64,000 nt of DNA, taken from the IMG/VR virus record IMGVR_UViG_3300042261_001309, positions 1-64,000 of that record; one strand, written 5' to 3'. The notes under the pieces are model-generated. The model did not search any database. It was not told where the DNA came from and worked only from the letters and a program-made list of their open reading frames with translations. This document shows, piece after piece, positions 17,546-29,900 of the stretch; positions within the stretch are counted from its first letter, which is position 1; each line of letters starts with the position of its first letter. This DNA is from a virus. Made by a program: the position numbers and the translations under genes.

Positions 17546-18100
17546 TTACAGTACTTCGATCTTACGACCCACTTCTTCTACAACCGAACTATCGATAAGG
17601 TCGAACAAGGCTGTAAATTTCTTAAGGTCACCAATATCTGCATGCAATGAAATAGCCTTGTTATTAATCAATAAATAATGCTTATGTAATTTGTTATCAG
17701 TAAATAGGGTCCAAATAAGGTTAGTTAAGCCTACGCTACCCGCATTGATTGGTGTATTGTATACCCTTTCAATACGATCAAGATCTAGAGCGGTGGCTGT
17801 TACGACATAGATAGAAAACCAATTAATTAAACCAAAGTCTTCAATCACTGTACGCTTGAAGGCTGAGTCCTGATACCATTTATCTACACGAATAAGCGGC
17901 GGTTCAACACCAGTTACAGGCACAATAAAATTATACCGGTAAGCAATCCACAGCTTATTAGGCTCAGGCGCAGGGTCGTTTTTCTTGGGTGCAAACTTTA
18001 GATCGGTAAACCCTTTATCTTTTAACTTTTGTTCAGTTTCTTCTTTGTTAGTTGTATTAAGTTCGATAGTTAAGAAATTATATGCGATTCGATAGTTCAC
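17546..18100 (-). CDS. Hypothetical protein
   Basis: 184-aa ORF, GTGA-coupled. Confidence 0.65.
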   Translation of the reverse strand: MNYRIAYNFLTIELNTTNKEETEQKLKDKGFTDLKFAPKKNDPAPEPNKLWIAYRYNFIVPVTGVEPPLIRVDKWYQDSAFKRTVIEDFGLINWFSIYVVTATALDLDRIERVYNTPINAGSVGLTNLIWTLFTDNKLHKHYLLINNKAISLHADIGDLKKFTALFDLIDSSVVEEVGRKIEVL

Positions 18101-18531
18101 GATATTTCGATTGAGGTTGACGTAATGTTATACACTTGAGTTTGGCGCAAGGTGTCCAGTGCATCCAGATTTTCAATTAAAATTTGAATCTCGGCAATTA
18201 TGCTATCTAAAATACTCTGCATAAATGTCGGATTCGTATACCTGAATGCCACCTTACAATCTCGGAAATCTCCGAGTTTATTTTCCGGCGCGTAAGCCGG
18301 TAATTCTTCCAATTGGGCGGCCGTACAAATAGCCCTAAATTCGTCAGTATACTCTTCCACGAATTGTACGGAATTTATATTTACCGCTTGTTTACGCTGT
18401 TTAATGAATAATTCTTTAGGTAAATCTACGGCGCCAGTTATCTCTAACTCGGTTTCGTAGGTAATAGCCGAAGATGAAACTACGGTTGTTAAATCTGCAT
18501 CCCGGCGTATAAGGGTTATGTTTCTGCTCAT
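18097..18531 (-). CDS. Hypothetical protein (possibly virion-associated)
   Basis: 144-aa ORF next to the structural module. Confidence 0.65.
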   Translation of the reverse strand: MSRNITLIRRDADLTTVVSSSAITYETELEITGAVDLPKELFIKQRKQAVNINSVQFVEEYTDEFRAICTAAQLEELPAYAPENKLGDFRDCKVAFRYTNPTFMQSILDSIIAEIQILIENLDALDTLRQTQVYNITSTSIEIS

Positions 18532-18574
18532 AGTGCTTTACTTCCTGTTCGTTTATCCCTAATAATATTGCACT

Positions 18575-19105
18575 ATGACTAAAAATTCGATAATAAATGA
18601 CGAGTATGATGAATTGGCAACACCTGGTACGGTAGTTGTTGGATCATACACGGAGACTGGTAAACCTAAAACACCCACTAAAATGTTAGGCAACCAAGAG
18701 ATTATCACCAAGTTAAATCAACGCTTAGCGGCTGAGAGTGAACACAACGGCGGTATACCTATCAGCAGCAAAAAGAAAAAAGTAAAAAATGTCGAAATTA
18801 ACGAGTCGCGGTTCATCAATTTACCGGTTAAATCAAAAACTAAAACAATTGTTTTTAACACCCAGATTGGTAAAATAAGAGTAAATACCGTAGGTGTGCT
18901 GACATGTGATCACGCCATCTGCCTGATCATTAGTCGAGATGAATTAAAATATGAGCCAAGCCTTGGATATAATTGTGAACTCATCATTGACGAAGAAACT
19001 TATCCGGTGGCTTATTTTGGCTTTAAATTTAACTGGCCTGACAGCGACAACATATTAATGATTTTCGTTATTAACCGAGAGAATAATAATCATGACTCCG
19101 AATGA
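18575..19105 (+). CDS. Hypothetical protein
   Basis: 176-aa ORF at the start of the plus-strand module. Confidence 0.65.
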   Translation: MTKNSIINDEYDELATPGTVVVGSYTETGKPKTPTKMLGNQEIITKLNQRLAAESEHNGGIPISSKKKKVKNVEINESRFINLPVKSKTKTIVFNTQIGKIRVNTVGVLTCDHAICLIISRDELKYEPSLGYNCELIIDEETYPVAYFGFKFNWPDSDNILMIFVINRENNNHDSE

Positions 19106-19280
19106 TATAGATACGCTACTGCGCTACGCGCAGCAATCACCTCAAAATGATAAAACTAAAAAAAGGAATCCGGTAGGCCAAGGAATAGAAACGATAGTAA
19201 AGACTATCGGCAAGGGAGGTTTATCAGCGTTAAACGCAATAGCCAATGTAAGGCCTAATTACAATATTCGTACTGTATAA
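19092..19280 (+). CDS. Hypothetical protein
   Basis: 62 aa, coupled. Confidence 0.5.
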   Translation: MTPNDIDTLLRYAQQSPQNDKTKKRNPVGQGIETIVKTIGKGGLSALNAIANVRPNYNIRTV

Positions 19281-19281
19281 T

Positions 19282-19458
19282 ATGGAAAAATACGGGATAC
19301 TTACCGAAGATTCTCACGGTGACTTCAACACCAAGAAAGCCGAATATATCGATGAAGACGGCTATTTAATTGCTGACAAACAAAACAAGCACAAGCTGAA
19401 GAATCCCAGCAAAATCGACTTCGAGGTAGCTAAAAAAAATGACCTCGATCAAAGTTGA
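19282..19458 (+). CDS. Hypothetical protein (58 aa, below ORF-track cutoff)
   Basis: Hand-translated MEKYGILTEDSHGDFNTKKAEYIDEDG... Confidence 0.55.
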   Translation: MEKYGILTEDSHGDFNTKKAEYIDEDGYLIADKQNKHKLKNPSKIDFEVAKKNDLDQS

Positions 19459-19512
19459 TTTCTGTCTTACTAAATGTCTAACATCTGCTCATTTAATTAT
19501 ACCATTTTTACC

Positions 19513-19532
19513 ACCCCCTCTTCGCAGGGGGT
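19513..19532 (+). promoter_or_regulatory. GC-rich hairpin in the leader of the putative portal gene
   Basis: ACCCCCT-CTTCGC-AGGGGGT, no U-tract, 16 nt before the ATG. Confidence 0.35.
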
Positions 19533-19548
19533 AAACGCTTAATATCTC

Positions 19549-21279
19549 ATGCCAGATCCAATTTCAAATATCGCTTACGATGGACCTAGTTTAACTTCAC
19601 GAGACAGGTACGCTAATCCATTCTTTGGCATACCACACAAATTCCTACCGCAGAATATGGATCATATGCTGTGGTGGGCTTCTCATTTCTTGTTGAGGTT
19701 TGGTTTCTACCGTGCAGCCTTACAACGTATTGCTAATTATTTTATTACTTCGTTAAAGATCGAATGCGACGATGCTGAAGTAAAACGTAATTATATGCAG
19801 GCTTTTGAAAAGCTGCATTGGAAGCAGCTGTTGTCCCAAGGTGGGTTAAATCTGTTGGCTTACGGCAATCTGTTCATGACCGTTCAACAAGGCTTTGAAC
19901 GTTATTTGGAATGCTCTAAATGTAAAAAGATCACCTCCATTCATAGAGTAAAAGATTACGAGTTCAGCGTTAAATGCGAATACAAATGTACCTGCACTCG
20001 TTGCAAAATAAGGCTGACCCATTATCCTATTGATCGGCCAGTAAAAGATATTGAACGGATTACCCCAGTATTTTGGAATCCTAGAGATATTATTGTACGG
20101 CACGACGAGACCAGCAATTCAGCAGAATACTATTGGAAGATTCCCGCTGACTATAAGCAGAAAGCACTAAAGGCTAACAATCGGTTCTTTTCAAAATATA
20201 CCCTAAAGGTTATTTATGACTGCTTATTAGCCGATAAGTTGGTATCTCTTAATCCTAAGAATTTCGTCCACATTAAAATACCGACACCGGCTGGCATTCG
20301 TACCGAAGGTAAAGCTATTCCTTATTGTATTTATTTGTTTGATGACTTTTTTATGCTGAAGGTTCTACAGCGGCATAACGAAGCTATTTCATTTGAAGAT
20401 ATTGTACCGTTCAGGGTTATTTCCATGGCTGATGCTTCCAATCCGCAAGCCAATCCTATTCTAGGCCAAAGCTCGTCTTTGTGGCGTAGTAATGTGGAAA
20501 GCATGATTAAAGAGCATCGGCAGGATCCAGGTGCTTATCACATATTTCCGTTTCCAGTGCAATATCAGCAACTATCTGGCGACGGTAAAAATTTAGTTCC
20601 GCAAGACCTTATTGCTCAAGCAGTTTCAAATATTCTTAACGCTCTTCAAATACCTCAAGAGCTGATGACTATGACGTTACAAGTCCAGGCTATTGGACCT
20701 GCATTAAGGCTGTTTGAAAATTCATGGAGTGTGATGATCGACTCCTACAATATGTTGCTTGGTAAAATGGCGGAGGTAATCAGCGCCATTAAGGGTTACC
20801 CAGCCGCTAAAGTTACGTTAGTACCTGTAACCCTTAGTGACGACATGGAACGTAAGAGTATTATTGCTCAGTTGGTTTCAGCTAATGCCATTGCCCGCAG
20901 CGAACTGCTTAATCTGTACAACTTCGATTATGAAGATCAGCTTAGGAAGCGGCACGAAGAGCAGATGACTGAGAAGCAATTACAGGAAGAGACAGAAGCT
21001 AAAGAACAATTACGTCAAATGGCTAGCGCAGGTGGCAATGCGCAGCAAGCGCCAGCAACTACGCCTGGTGACATAATCAGTAATGCGCAGCAAATTGCGC
21101 AAGAAATATTCCCATTGGATAACGTGCAAAGACGGGAAAGGTTACAACAGATTAAACAGCAAGATATTCAATTATATTCTACTGTTAAATCGATGTTAGC
21201 TGAAATGACGCGTGATGCAAGATCGCAAGGAACGCAACAAGCCAAGCAACAAATGAGCCAACAGGGAGGACAGCAATAG
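19549..21279 (+). CDS. Probable portal protein with Zn-ribbon insertion and Gln-rich tail
   Basis: 576 aa; helical N-terminus, GN.F turn, clip-like beta region (WNPRDIIVRH), ILNALQIPQEL segment; CSKC...CKCTCTRC insertion; position at the head of the structural module. Confidence 0.55.
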   Translation: MPDPISNIAYDGPSLTSRDRYANPFFGIPHKFLPQNMDHMLWWASHFLLRFGFYRAALQRIANYFITSLKIECDDAEVKRNYMQAFEKLHWKQLLSQGGLNLLAYGNLFMTVQQGFERYLECSKCKKITSIHRVKDYEFSVKCEYKCTCTRCKIRLTHYPIDRPVKDIERITPVFWNPRDIIVRHDETSNSAEYYWKIPADYKQKALKANNRFFSKYTLKVIYDCLLADKLVSLNPKNFVHIKIPTPAGIRTEGKAIPYCIYLFDDFFMLKVLQRHNEAISFEDIVPFRVISMADASNPQANPILGQSSSLWRSNVESMIKEHRQDPGAYHIFPFPVQYQQLSGDGKNLVPQDLIAQAVSNILNALQIPQELMTMTLQVQAIGPALRLFENSWSVMIDSYNMLLGKMAEVISAIKGYPAAKVTLVPVTLSDDMERKSIIAQLVSANAIARSELLNLYNFDYEDQLRKRHEEQMTEKQLQEETEAKEQLRQMASAGGNAQQAPATTPGDIISNAQQIAQEIFPLDNVQRRERLQQIKQQDIQLYSTVKSMLAEMTRDARSQGTQQAKQQMSQQGGQQ

Positions 21280-21280
21280 T

Positions 21281-21523
21281 ATGAAGATGTCAGAAATTCG
21301 CTGTTTTGTCTGTAACGAGAAAATACCACAAGTACGTATAGAAGCATTGAAATTGCTGCACTCTCCATTAGCTGAATGGTGTCACGTAGCTTGCTCGCAA
21401 GTTCAAAAGAAAAAAGGCATCTTTATGGGTGAGCCTGGAGTATCTGAATTAAAATTAGTTGATCAGGTATACGAACAATCCGTACGTGGCATATTTAATA
21501 ACGAAGAAAGCCGGGAAGATTAA
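21281..21523 (+). CDS. TraR/DksA-type C4 zinc-finger protein
   Basis: CFVCNEKIPQVRIEAL...WCHVAC matches CxxCxxxIPxxRLxA...CxxC. Confidence 0.7.
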   Translation: MKMSEIRCFVCNEKIPQVRIEALKLLHSPLAEWCHVACSQVQKKKGIFMGEPGVSELKLVDQVYEQSVRGIFNNEESRED

Positions 21524-21526
21524 TTT

Positions 21527-23302
21527 ATGTTTGATAATATATTAGCCAGATTAGGCATCGACGGAACCATTAAAAAAGTAGCCAGCCCTCAAGCGGCCGG
21601 AGCTAATAAAGTAGTTACTACCGACTATACTGGAAAAATTAGTCCTACCTTGGTATCTGCTGGGACGGTGGATTCCGTAACGGCGGAACAAGTAACTTAT
21701 ACCGTAAACAATGATTTACCAACGACGGATAATTTACAAAAGCTGTTGGAAGCGTTTGAAGATCGGTATTTACACGTTGCGAATCAACTTAGCGAATTTA
21801 CAGGCAACAACGCTATCTTGGCATTTAACAATATTAAACAGGCAGCTGGAGTTGGTACAGGATGGACTAACGCAGGTGTAGTATTTCAAGCAGCTTATAA
21901 TACATCAACGGATACCGTAACCACCAGTGACAACCACGTTGTTCCTTACGTTGTTACACCGGCCGTAGCTAATAATAGGTATTTAATTAAAAATGCCGGT
22001 ACCTCTGATACACCTGTAGACCCGGGTGCACAAATTACCTATGGTTATGTTGGGTATACTACCGCTTTAAGCGCAGGGCTTGGAACATCTACCGCTGCTA
22101 ACGCACGTACACTTGTAAGTCGTGAATATGTGGATTCTACTGTCGCTGCGGGATTAGGGGTCACCACAGTCGGTACCGTATGGCTACATCCTGACGGCAG
22201 TAATACAGGTTCTACAAACATATTTAAATTTACTTCACCGTATGGCTCATTAAAAGCGGCCAAAAATGCAATTATTGATTATCGTGCAGGTAACAGTGAA
22301 TGGGCTACTAAGCTTATCACAGTCATGGTAATGCCTGGTACGTATACAGCCGGCAGTGCTACATATGACGTAGCGTTAGACCATTTACGTATACATTTTA
22401 TGCCTGGTGCAAAAATGACGTGCAGTGACTCCGCTTCTGACCCTTTATTTAAGTTGGATGGTTTAACGAATTTTGCAGTAACCGGCTATGGCGAATTCGT
22501 AGATAACAATAGTAATTCTGGAAACGGTATTTTACGTTGCAACGGCAGTGGCACATCTAGTAATGCAAACGTATATTTCGAATGCCAGTCCATTACTGCT
22601 GCCTATGGAAATGCAATTTATTTAGAAAATTACAACAATCTAGCGGCCGATGCATTTTTAAATGTAAATGTAAAAATACACGGTAACGTTATAAATACCA
22701 ATAGTGGACTGCCTGCAATCTATCTAGGAGGACAATTAGCATCAAATATACAAATTGATGGTAACCTAATCTCTGCACAAACAGGTATTACTATTGGTAA
22801 ATCGGCTACTGGTGGTTTAGCTGGGGCATATCACACAATTAAAGCCAATACAATTAACTGTGTTGGAACGGCTGTAGATTTTTATACGGCCAGCAGCAAC
22901 AGTGGGGTCGAAGTGGCTACCACAATTATTGCTAACGTTTTAAAAACATCGGGTGGTGCTTCCACAATTAAAACAGCCGATGTTGCCGGAACTACAGGTA
23001 AATTAAATATCATTGCTGAAAATATCTATAGCGGTTCAGGCAAGTGCGTGGAAACCTATGACGGCATTGTGAGTATAAGTAATGCTACATTAAATAGCCC
23101 CTCAGGTAACGCCATTTATTTAAATTCCACCAACGTTGTATTAACTTTGAAAGGCTTAAATATAATCACGACATCACAAGCTAGCTCAATAGGAGCTGGG
23201 GCAACAACTACGGTTAAGCTTATAGGCACCACTAGAGCAAATTACGCAGCTAGCAATTATGTTTCATTTAGCGGCGGCTTTTTCGACGTGGCTTTAAACT
23301 AG
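21527..23302 (+). CDS. Virion fibre/spike protein with a probable C-terminal beta-helix
   Basis: Gly/Thr/Ser/Asn-rich; PYGSLKAA..AI and MPGTY motifs typical of pectin-lyase-like domain starts. Confidence 0.6.
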   Translation: MFDNILARLGIDGTIKKVASPQAAGANKVVTTDYTGKISPTLVSAGTVDSVTAEQVTYTVNNDLPTTDNLQKLLEAFEDRYLHVANQLSEFTGNNAILAFNNIKQAAGVGTGWTNAGVVFQAAYNTSTDTVTTSDNHVVPYVVTPAVANNRYLIKNAGTSDTPVDPGAQITYGYVGYTTALSAGLGTSTAANARTLVSREYVDSTVAAGLGVTTVGTVWLHPDGSNTGSTNIFKFTSPYGSLKAAKNAIIDYRAGNSEWATKLITVMVMPGTYTAGSATYDVALDHLRIHFMPGAKMTCSDSASDPLFKLDGLTNFAVTGYGEFVDNNSNSGNGILRCNGSGTSSNANVYFECQSITAAYGNAIYLENYNNLAADAFLNVNVKIHGNVINTNSGLPAIYLGGQLASNIQIDGNLISAQTGITIGKSATGGLAGAYHTIKANTINCVGTAVDFYTASSNSGVEVATTIIANVLKTSGGASTIKTADVAGTTGKLNIIAENIYSGSGKCVETYDGIVSISNATLNSPSGNAIYLNSTNVVLTLKGLNIITTSQASSIGAGATTTVKLIGTTRANYAASNYVSFSGGFFDVALN

Positions 23303-23305
23303 CGC

Positions 23306-23935
23306 ATGTCTGTAAATAGAACAATTAGTTCCGAAACACTAAGGCTTCCAACTAATCCTACGGAAGCCTTAGATGCGGCTACTAAGCAGTATGTTGATGC
23401 TGTCTTAGCTTCCAAGGTAACCAAAACCGGAGATACAATGACCGGCACTTTGGTATTGGATGCTGATCCATTAACCGATTTAGAAGCGGCAACCAAACAC
23501 TATGTAGATGACCGTATTCTTAATGGTCCAATTGCTGCTTCCAGCGTAGTGGTAACGCCTACAGGCGCTATTGCGGCTACTAATGCACAAGCGGCTTTAG
23601 CTGAATTAGACAGTGAAAAAGTAGCCAAAGGCGGGGACACCATGACGGGGTTACTAACATTAGCTGGTGATCCAACCACAAATTATCAAGCAGCGACTAA
23701 AATATACGTCGATAAATTAACCAAGTCTGCCAATGAAACATATGCATTTACTGATGTTAATCAAATTGTACTTGCGTATTCAACACACGGCATGACCAAA
23801 AAGCCCAACGTGACTACTGTCACTGCAGACGGTGTAGAAATTATTGGTGAGGTATCTTATGCCGTAACCAATGGTGATTATACCGTTACTATAAATTTCA
23901 ATCATAACCAGACCGGACTCGTAATTTTAACCTAG
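23306..23935 (+). CDS. Fibre-associated protein with AATKxYVD repeats
   Basis: Three AATK.YVD and two GDTMTG.L.L repeats. Confidence 0.7.
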   Translation: MSVNRTISSETLRLPTNPTEALDAATKQYVDAVLASKVTKTGDTMTGTLVLDADPLTDLEAATKHYVDDRILNGPIAASSVVVTPTGAIAATNAQAALAELDSEKVAKGGDTMTGLLTLAGDPTTNYQAATKIYVDKLTKSANETYAFTDVNQIVLAYSTHGMTKKPNVTTVTADGVEIIGEVSYAVTNGDYTVTINFNHNQTGLVILT

Positions 23936-23945
23936 GCTAATAAAT

Positions 23946-26900
23946 ATGGCAGAAATCAGGGTAGATACACATCAAGACCTTTTAGACAATGAGCTACGTA
24001 ATGCGGTTATTGGAATCGTTACTGCTAGTTCATTGACCGGTATAAGTACAGCTACTGGTAAAATTGTTACGCATGACTACCCAGATCCAGCAAGACTAGC
24101 TTGGTACAATGGCACAGAATGGCGTTATTTAGATGATCAAGTAGTTGTTGGTTCGTCCTTAACGGCCGATAGGCTGTTAATTTCTACTACCTCAGGATGG
24201 ACAACCAGTATATTGGGCATTAATTCTTCGGGTAGCCTTGTACTAGGCGTTGGTAGTGCTTCACCGCATTATATTGAAAATGTCGCCACACCTATTACAG
24301 ATTATCAAGCTGCCAATAGATTATTCGTATTGAATACCTTAAGTGGCGCCTCAGATATTCATGCCGCAGCTAAGTTAAAATCAATTGCGAATTTATCTTC
24401 TCTTACTTTTCCTACAGCAGATACAGGTAATTATTTTGATGCGGATTATACGCTACTCAACGGTGACCGCGTATTATTGACAGATCAGATATCTTTACCA
24501 ACAAACGGTATTTACACGGTAGGCATCGGGTCAGTAAATACTACGTTAACCAGGGCGACTGATGCGGATGAAACCGGTGAATTAAAAAATGGTTCGTCTA
24601 TTTTGGTCACACAAGGAACTGTTTGGGGTAGTACATCTTGGGCAATTGCCGATTGTGACACCACAATCACTATCGGTACGAGCGATATTAAATGGGTACA
24701 AACTGCAGCCAGTCGAGAATATACGGCAGGCGCAGGATTAACGTTAACTGGTAGTGTATTCGATATAGGCACTGGCGATACACAAGCCATTGTGGTTGGC
24801 GCTAACAGTATTAATTTATACGACAATCTAACTACAGCTAGAACAAATAAAACAAAGTTTAGCGTAAATAAATACGGTGTTATTACCTCCGTTGATGAAA
24901 TTACCTCAGCTAACGGAATTGTACTTAGAACAGCCGCAGATACTTATTCCGCGTTAACCGGTACAGCTAATTATGTACCGAAATGGTCAGGTACTTCATT
25001 AAGTTCTACTTCATTAATTTATGACACTGGTACAGCGGTTGGAATTGGAACTACCACTCCAGCTACGTTATTGCATGTAAACGGTGCATTAACTGTAGGT
25101 GTATTAAGTGGGGTATTAAAAGCAACCACAGGTTTAGTATCTGGATTAGCCGGTATTAACGATTTAAGTGATGTTGCAGCGGGTACAGCTACTACGGGTC
25201 AGCTATTAGGATATAACACAGCTACCAGTAAATGGATTAACGTTACACGCACCGTAAACACTACAACTCCGTTAAGTGGTGGCGGTGCCTTAACTGGTGA
25301 TATTACTTTAACCTTAGGTGGACTTACTGGAATCGGCACAACAAATTACGTACTAGGCGTTAATGCTGCTGGTGCCGCTTGGGAGTATAAAGCAATCCAA
25401 GCCACGGCGTTGCAAACAACGGTAAGCCATAGTGCTAATGCTGTTACTATCGGTACCGTGCAAGGTATTGGTACGGTTTCTACACCTACCTTTGCTGACT
25501 TGTATTTAACTGGGATGACTGGGCAAATAATCACGTCCACCTCAGTAAAAACAGCCATCCAAGATTTAGATGATTCCGCGTATAAAACTACTCAAACTGG
25601 TTTTGATAGCTGGAGCGGTAGCGGCAATTACTACAGTGTAACTGGCGCTGTGGGCAGCCAGATGTTTAATTTGCTGCGTGGTGGTTATGCCTACGTTAAA
25701 GGTAAAAAAGTAACCTTTAGTGGTGGTCAAAGCATAAGTGTTGGTACTTCCAACCAAGCTTATTATATTTGGGTTAGCTCGGCTGGAGCTATAGGCACCA
25801 CAACTTACACTAATTTAAATGAAACCAGCTATTTGGATAACGCAATGTTATTTGAGGCGCTGAACGATGGCACTAACGTACTGGTGGTAAAAGAAAATCA
25901 TCCGTATAGTATGAATACGGCCGCCAGTGTATATATTCACCACAATATTGGCATTGTAATACGAGGTTCTGGCGCAGTAATTACCCAAGTAACCACAGGT
26001 ACAGGAACGACCGTTACCGATCGTAAAGTAAGAATTGCCGGTAACGATTATCTTGAAGACCACGGCATAGTTACCAATATTTCAAATACTGTCGCTGGTG
26101 TAACGTGGAATTTTTATTATCAAGACAACTATGGTAAATGGCTGAGACATTCACAAAGCGATGAATTTCCAATTGTTTATTTAGATACTGATGCTTCTGC
26201 AGGTGGCACTATAACCACAGTCGCAAATTCAAAGTTTAGTATTATTTGCCTGTATGTATCTAAAGACGATTTAAATTCAAGCTCTCCTACTTACTACGCG
26301 GTTATAAATCGAGCAACTGAGCCATATTCCAACTCTAGTGACGCGTTAAACGCTATTACTGCCGGCAATTTCTCTATAGCTTCAAATGAACTAGCTTCTT
26401 TAGAGTTAGCACAGCTAGGTTATGCTGTAATTGCCGGTAATACCGGAGCCGGCTATATTTTCAGAGTAATTCCAGCTAAGAGCACAATTAACGCCAGGTT
26501 TATTGGTGGATCGTCCACAGGTATACACGGCTTGCTTTCTGGTTTAACTGCAGATGATCATACGCAGTACGCTTTACTTGCTGGGCGCATAAGTGGACAA
26601 ACCCTTTATGGTGGGACTACAACCGGAGAAACACTAAAGCTATTTGGTACAGCATCCGGCACTGGTAATGTATTTATTAATTCAAGTGGTGGTAATGTGG
26701 GTATCGGCACTACGGTAGCCAGTACCACATTACATGTTGGTGGTAGTTTAACACTCGGTACATTAAGCGGAGTATTAAAAGCCACCGCCGGTTTAGTTTC
26801 TAATTCTGCGGGGATTGACGATTTAAATGATGTAACAATTACCTCTGCTGCCACAGGCCAATTATTAGGCTACAGCACTGTAACTGGGCAATGGTCGAAT

Positions 26901-29900
26901 ATAACTCGAACAATTAATACAACAGGGCCATTAGCAGGTGGTGGTGCTTTAACAAGTGATTTAACATTGAGCATGCCCGGTGCGGGAACTTCGACTTCAG
27001 GTTATCTTACCAGTACGGATTGGAACACATTTAACAATAAGGCAAACGCCAGTACAACTATCAGTGTAACTTCTCCTTTAAGCGGTGGTGGAGATTTATC
27101 TGCGAATCGAAGTATTGCCCTAGCTGGATTATCGAGCTTAGGTCCAGCTAATTATCTTGTAGGCGTAAATAGCGGCGCCAACGCTTGGGAATACAAGAGT
27201 ATTTCCGGTACAAGCAATCAAATTAGCGTAACACATACAGCAAATGCGATTACTTTAAGTACGCCTCAATCGATTGGAACTGGGAATACGGTTACCTTTG
27301 CTGGGCTAACTTTAACTGGTTTATCAGGAGTATTAAAAGCATCGGCTGGCGTAATTAGTGGATCTGCCAGTATCAATGACTTAAGTAACGTAGCGGCAGG
27401 AACGGCAACTACCGGGCAATTGCTAGGCTATAACACGGCTACAAGTAAATGGGAAAACGTAACGAGAACAATTAATACTTCTGCCCCTCTGGGTGGCGGT
27501 GGAGCCTTAACCGGAGATTTAACACTTACTATTACAGCAGCCGGAACTGCTTCTACTGGATATCTTACAAGCACAGATTGGAATACATTCAACAACAAGG
27601 TTAGTACTTCTAGGTCGATAAGTACTACCTCACCACTAACTGGTGGTGGCTCGCTATCCGGTGACCTTACATTAGGTGTTGGTGGATTAACTTCTTTAGG
27701 TACAGCTAACTACGTAATTGGCGTTAATACAGCCGGTACAGCTTGGGAATATAAGAGTATCGCTGGTACAGCCAATCAAGTAAATGTAACTACAGCGGCG
27801 GGTTTAATAACGTTAAGCACACCGCAAGCAATAGGTAGTACTTCGTCGCCTACATTTTCAGGAATCACTTTATCTGGTTTAGGCGCAGGGGTAGTTAAAT
27901 CAAATAGTTCGGGCGTATTAACCAACATATCAACTGGATCGACAGGTACAATTTTACGAAGTACCGGCCCAGAGCCAGCTTGGACTACCTTAACGTTGCC
28001 TGACACAATTGCAGCTGGTTCAGTATTAGTTGCCAATTCCGTCAACACACTTACCAGTTTAACTTCTACCTCGAGTACAACGGTATTACAAAATAACGCC
28101 GGAACAATTACTTGGGGTACCTTATCGGGTATTTCTGGTGTAACAGGCGCAGGCGTCACAAACCAAGTTGCAAAATGGCAAACCGCTTCAGCATTAACAA
28201 CTTCAATTATTTATGACACTGGTTCTGCCGTTGGAATAGGTACAACTAGTCCTGTAAACAAGCTTACTACTTATGGAGCAATCACCATGGTATCTGCTTA
28301 TGATGGGGGTGCGCTGGTTGACTATTCCTTACGGTTAGACCAAGGGAATGGTAATGACCCTCGCATATTAACAGTAGGCAGTGCAACTACGGCTGGGACG
28401 TTAAAAATATCTCAAGTAACATCCAGTAACACAGACTATCGAGATGTAATTTATATTGCTAATGGAGGGCAGGTTGGAATCGGCACTAACATTGTATCTA
28501 ATGGCTTACTTAACGTTTATGGTAATACCTATACCGGTACCTTGGGCTTCAACACCACCTATACTGTAAATTCACCAGTAACCGGCACAACCTATTGGGA
28601 TAATTCAAACCATACTATTTCTACGGCCTTATTAAACGGCGTAGTATTGCAGCACGGCCAAGAATTACACGTTTATGTTAAAAACAACTCAAACGTAGAT
28701 ATTTTAAACGGCGATCCTGTATCTATTGATAGCCAAGGCGGTTCATCTGAAATTTGGGTAAAACCCACAGACATTACTAGCTTAACCAGCGCAAAAGGTT
28801 TCCTAGGTTTAGCTACGCAAGATATCGCCAAAAACGCTCGCGGCTATATCACCACGTTCGGACTAGTGCGCGATTTAGCTACGTCTTCCTTTACGGAAGG
28901 TATTCCTGTTTACGTAGGAATGCCTACTACTGGAACTACAAAATTAACGCATACGGTACCGTCACATCCATATTCGGTTATTGACGTAGGTATAGTTGTG
29001 TATGCCCAAAACAATAATGGAATAATTTTCGTTAATCCGCACTTACAACCAGCGTTTGTAGACCTTTCAGACGTAGACGGTACAGCCTTAACTGCGGATG
29101 GCCAATTTGCTGTATGGTTGAACACACCGCAATATTTTGACTTTGTTGGAAAAATATCCGGGACAGCTAATAAAATAGCCAAATTTACTGATACGTATAA
29201 ATTGGCGGATTCCGTAATATCCGAAGTGAGTGGCAATATCGGTATAAATACTGCAACTCCGGCCGCCATGTTGCACGTAGCTGGTACAACAAAAATAGAT
29301 AGTAATTTAACTATCGGTACTTTAACTGGGTTTCTATACGCTACGGCTGGCGGTGTAGGGACTACTAACGTATGGAATGGTACAGCACCCACACCAGCTG
29401 TACATAATTTACTAGATTCAATCACACACGGCGATACATTAACTACTGCTGTTGCTCGGGGTTCCATCGTAGTTGGTAATAGCACTCCAAAATGGACTGC
29501 ATTGGGAATAGGTACTACCGCAGGCTATGTATTAAAAACCAGTGGAACAGAGCCATATTGGGCCACAATAACCAAATCTGATATAGGCTTAGGTAGCGTT
29601 GAAAATACAGCCTTAAGCACTTGGGCAGGTTCTTCAAATGTAACAATTGTTGGGGTAGTTACTTCCGGCACGTGGAATGGCGCAGTAGTTGGTATTAGCT
29701 ACGGCGGAACAGGAGCAACGACTAAGACACTGGCATTTAATGCGCTATCTCCATTAACAACGCTTGGTGACATTGTTTACCACGATGGAACAAATAGCGT
29801 AAGACTAGCTGGAAACATCACGACCACTAAACAAGTCCTAGCGCAAACAGGTATAGGATCTATTTCAGCCGCACCTCAATGGACCACGTTAACTAAGTCT

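Noticed and set aside
1013-17650. Plus-strand 60-100 aa ORFs opposite the minus-strand accessory genes (other than 12403..13668)
   Set aside because: Antisense to better-supported coupled genes or motif-bearing enzymes, with no recognisable motifs
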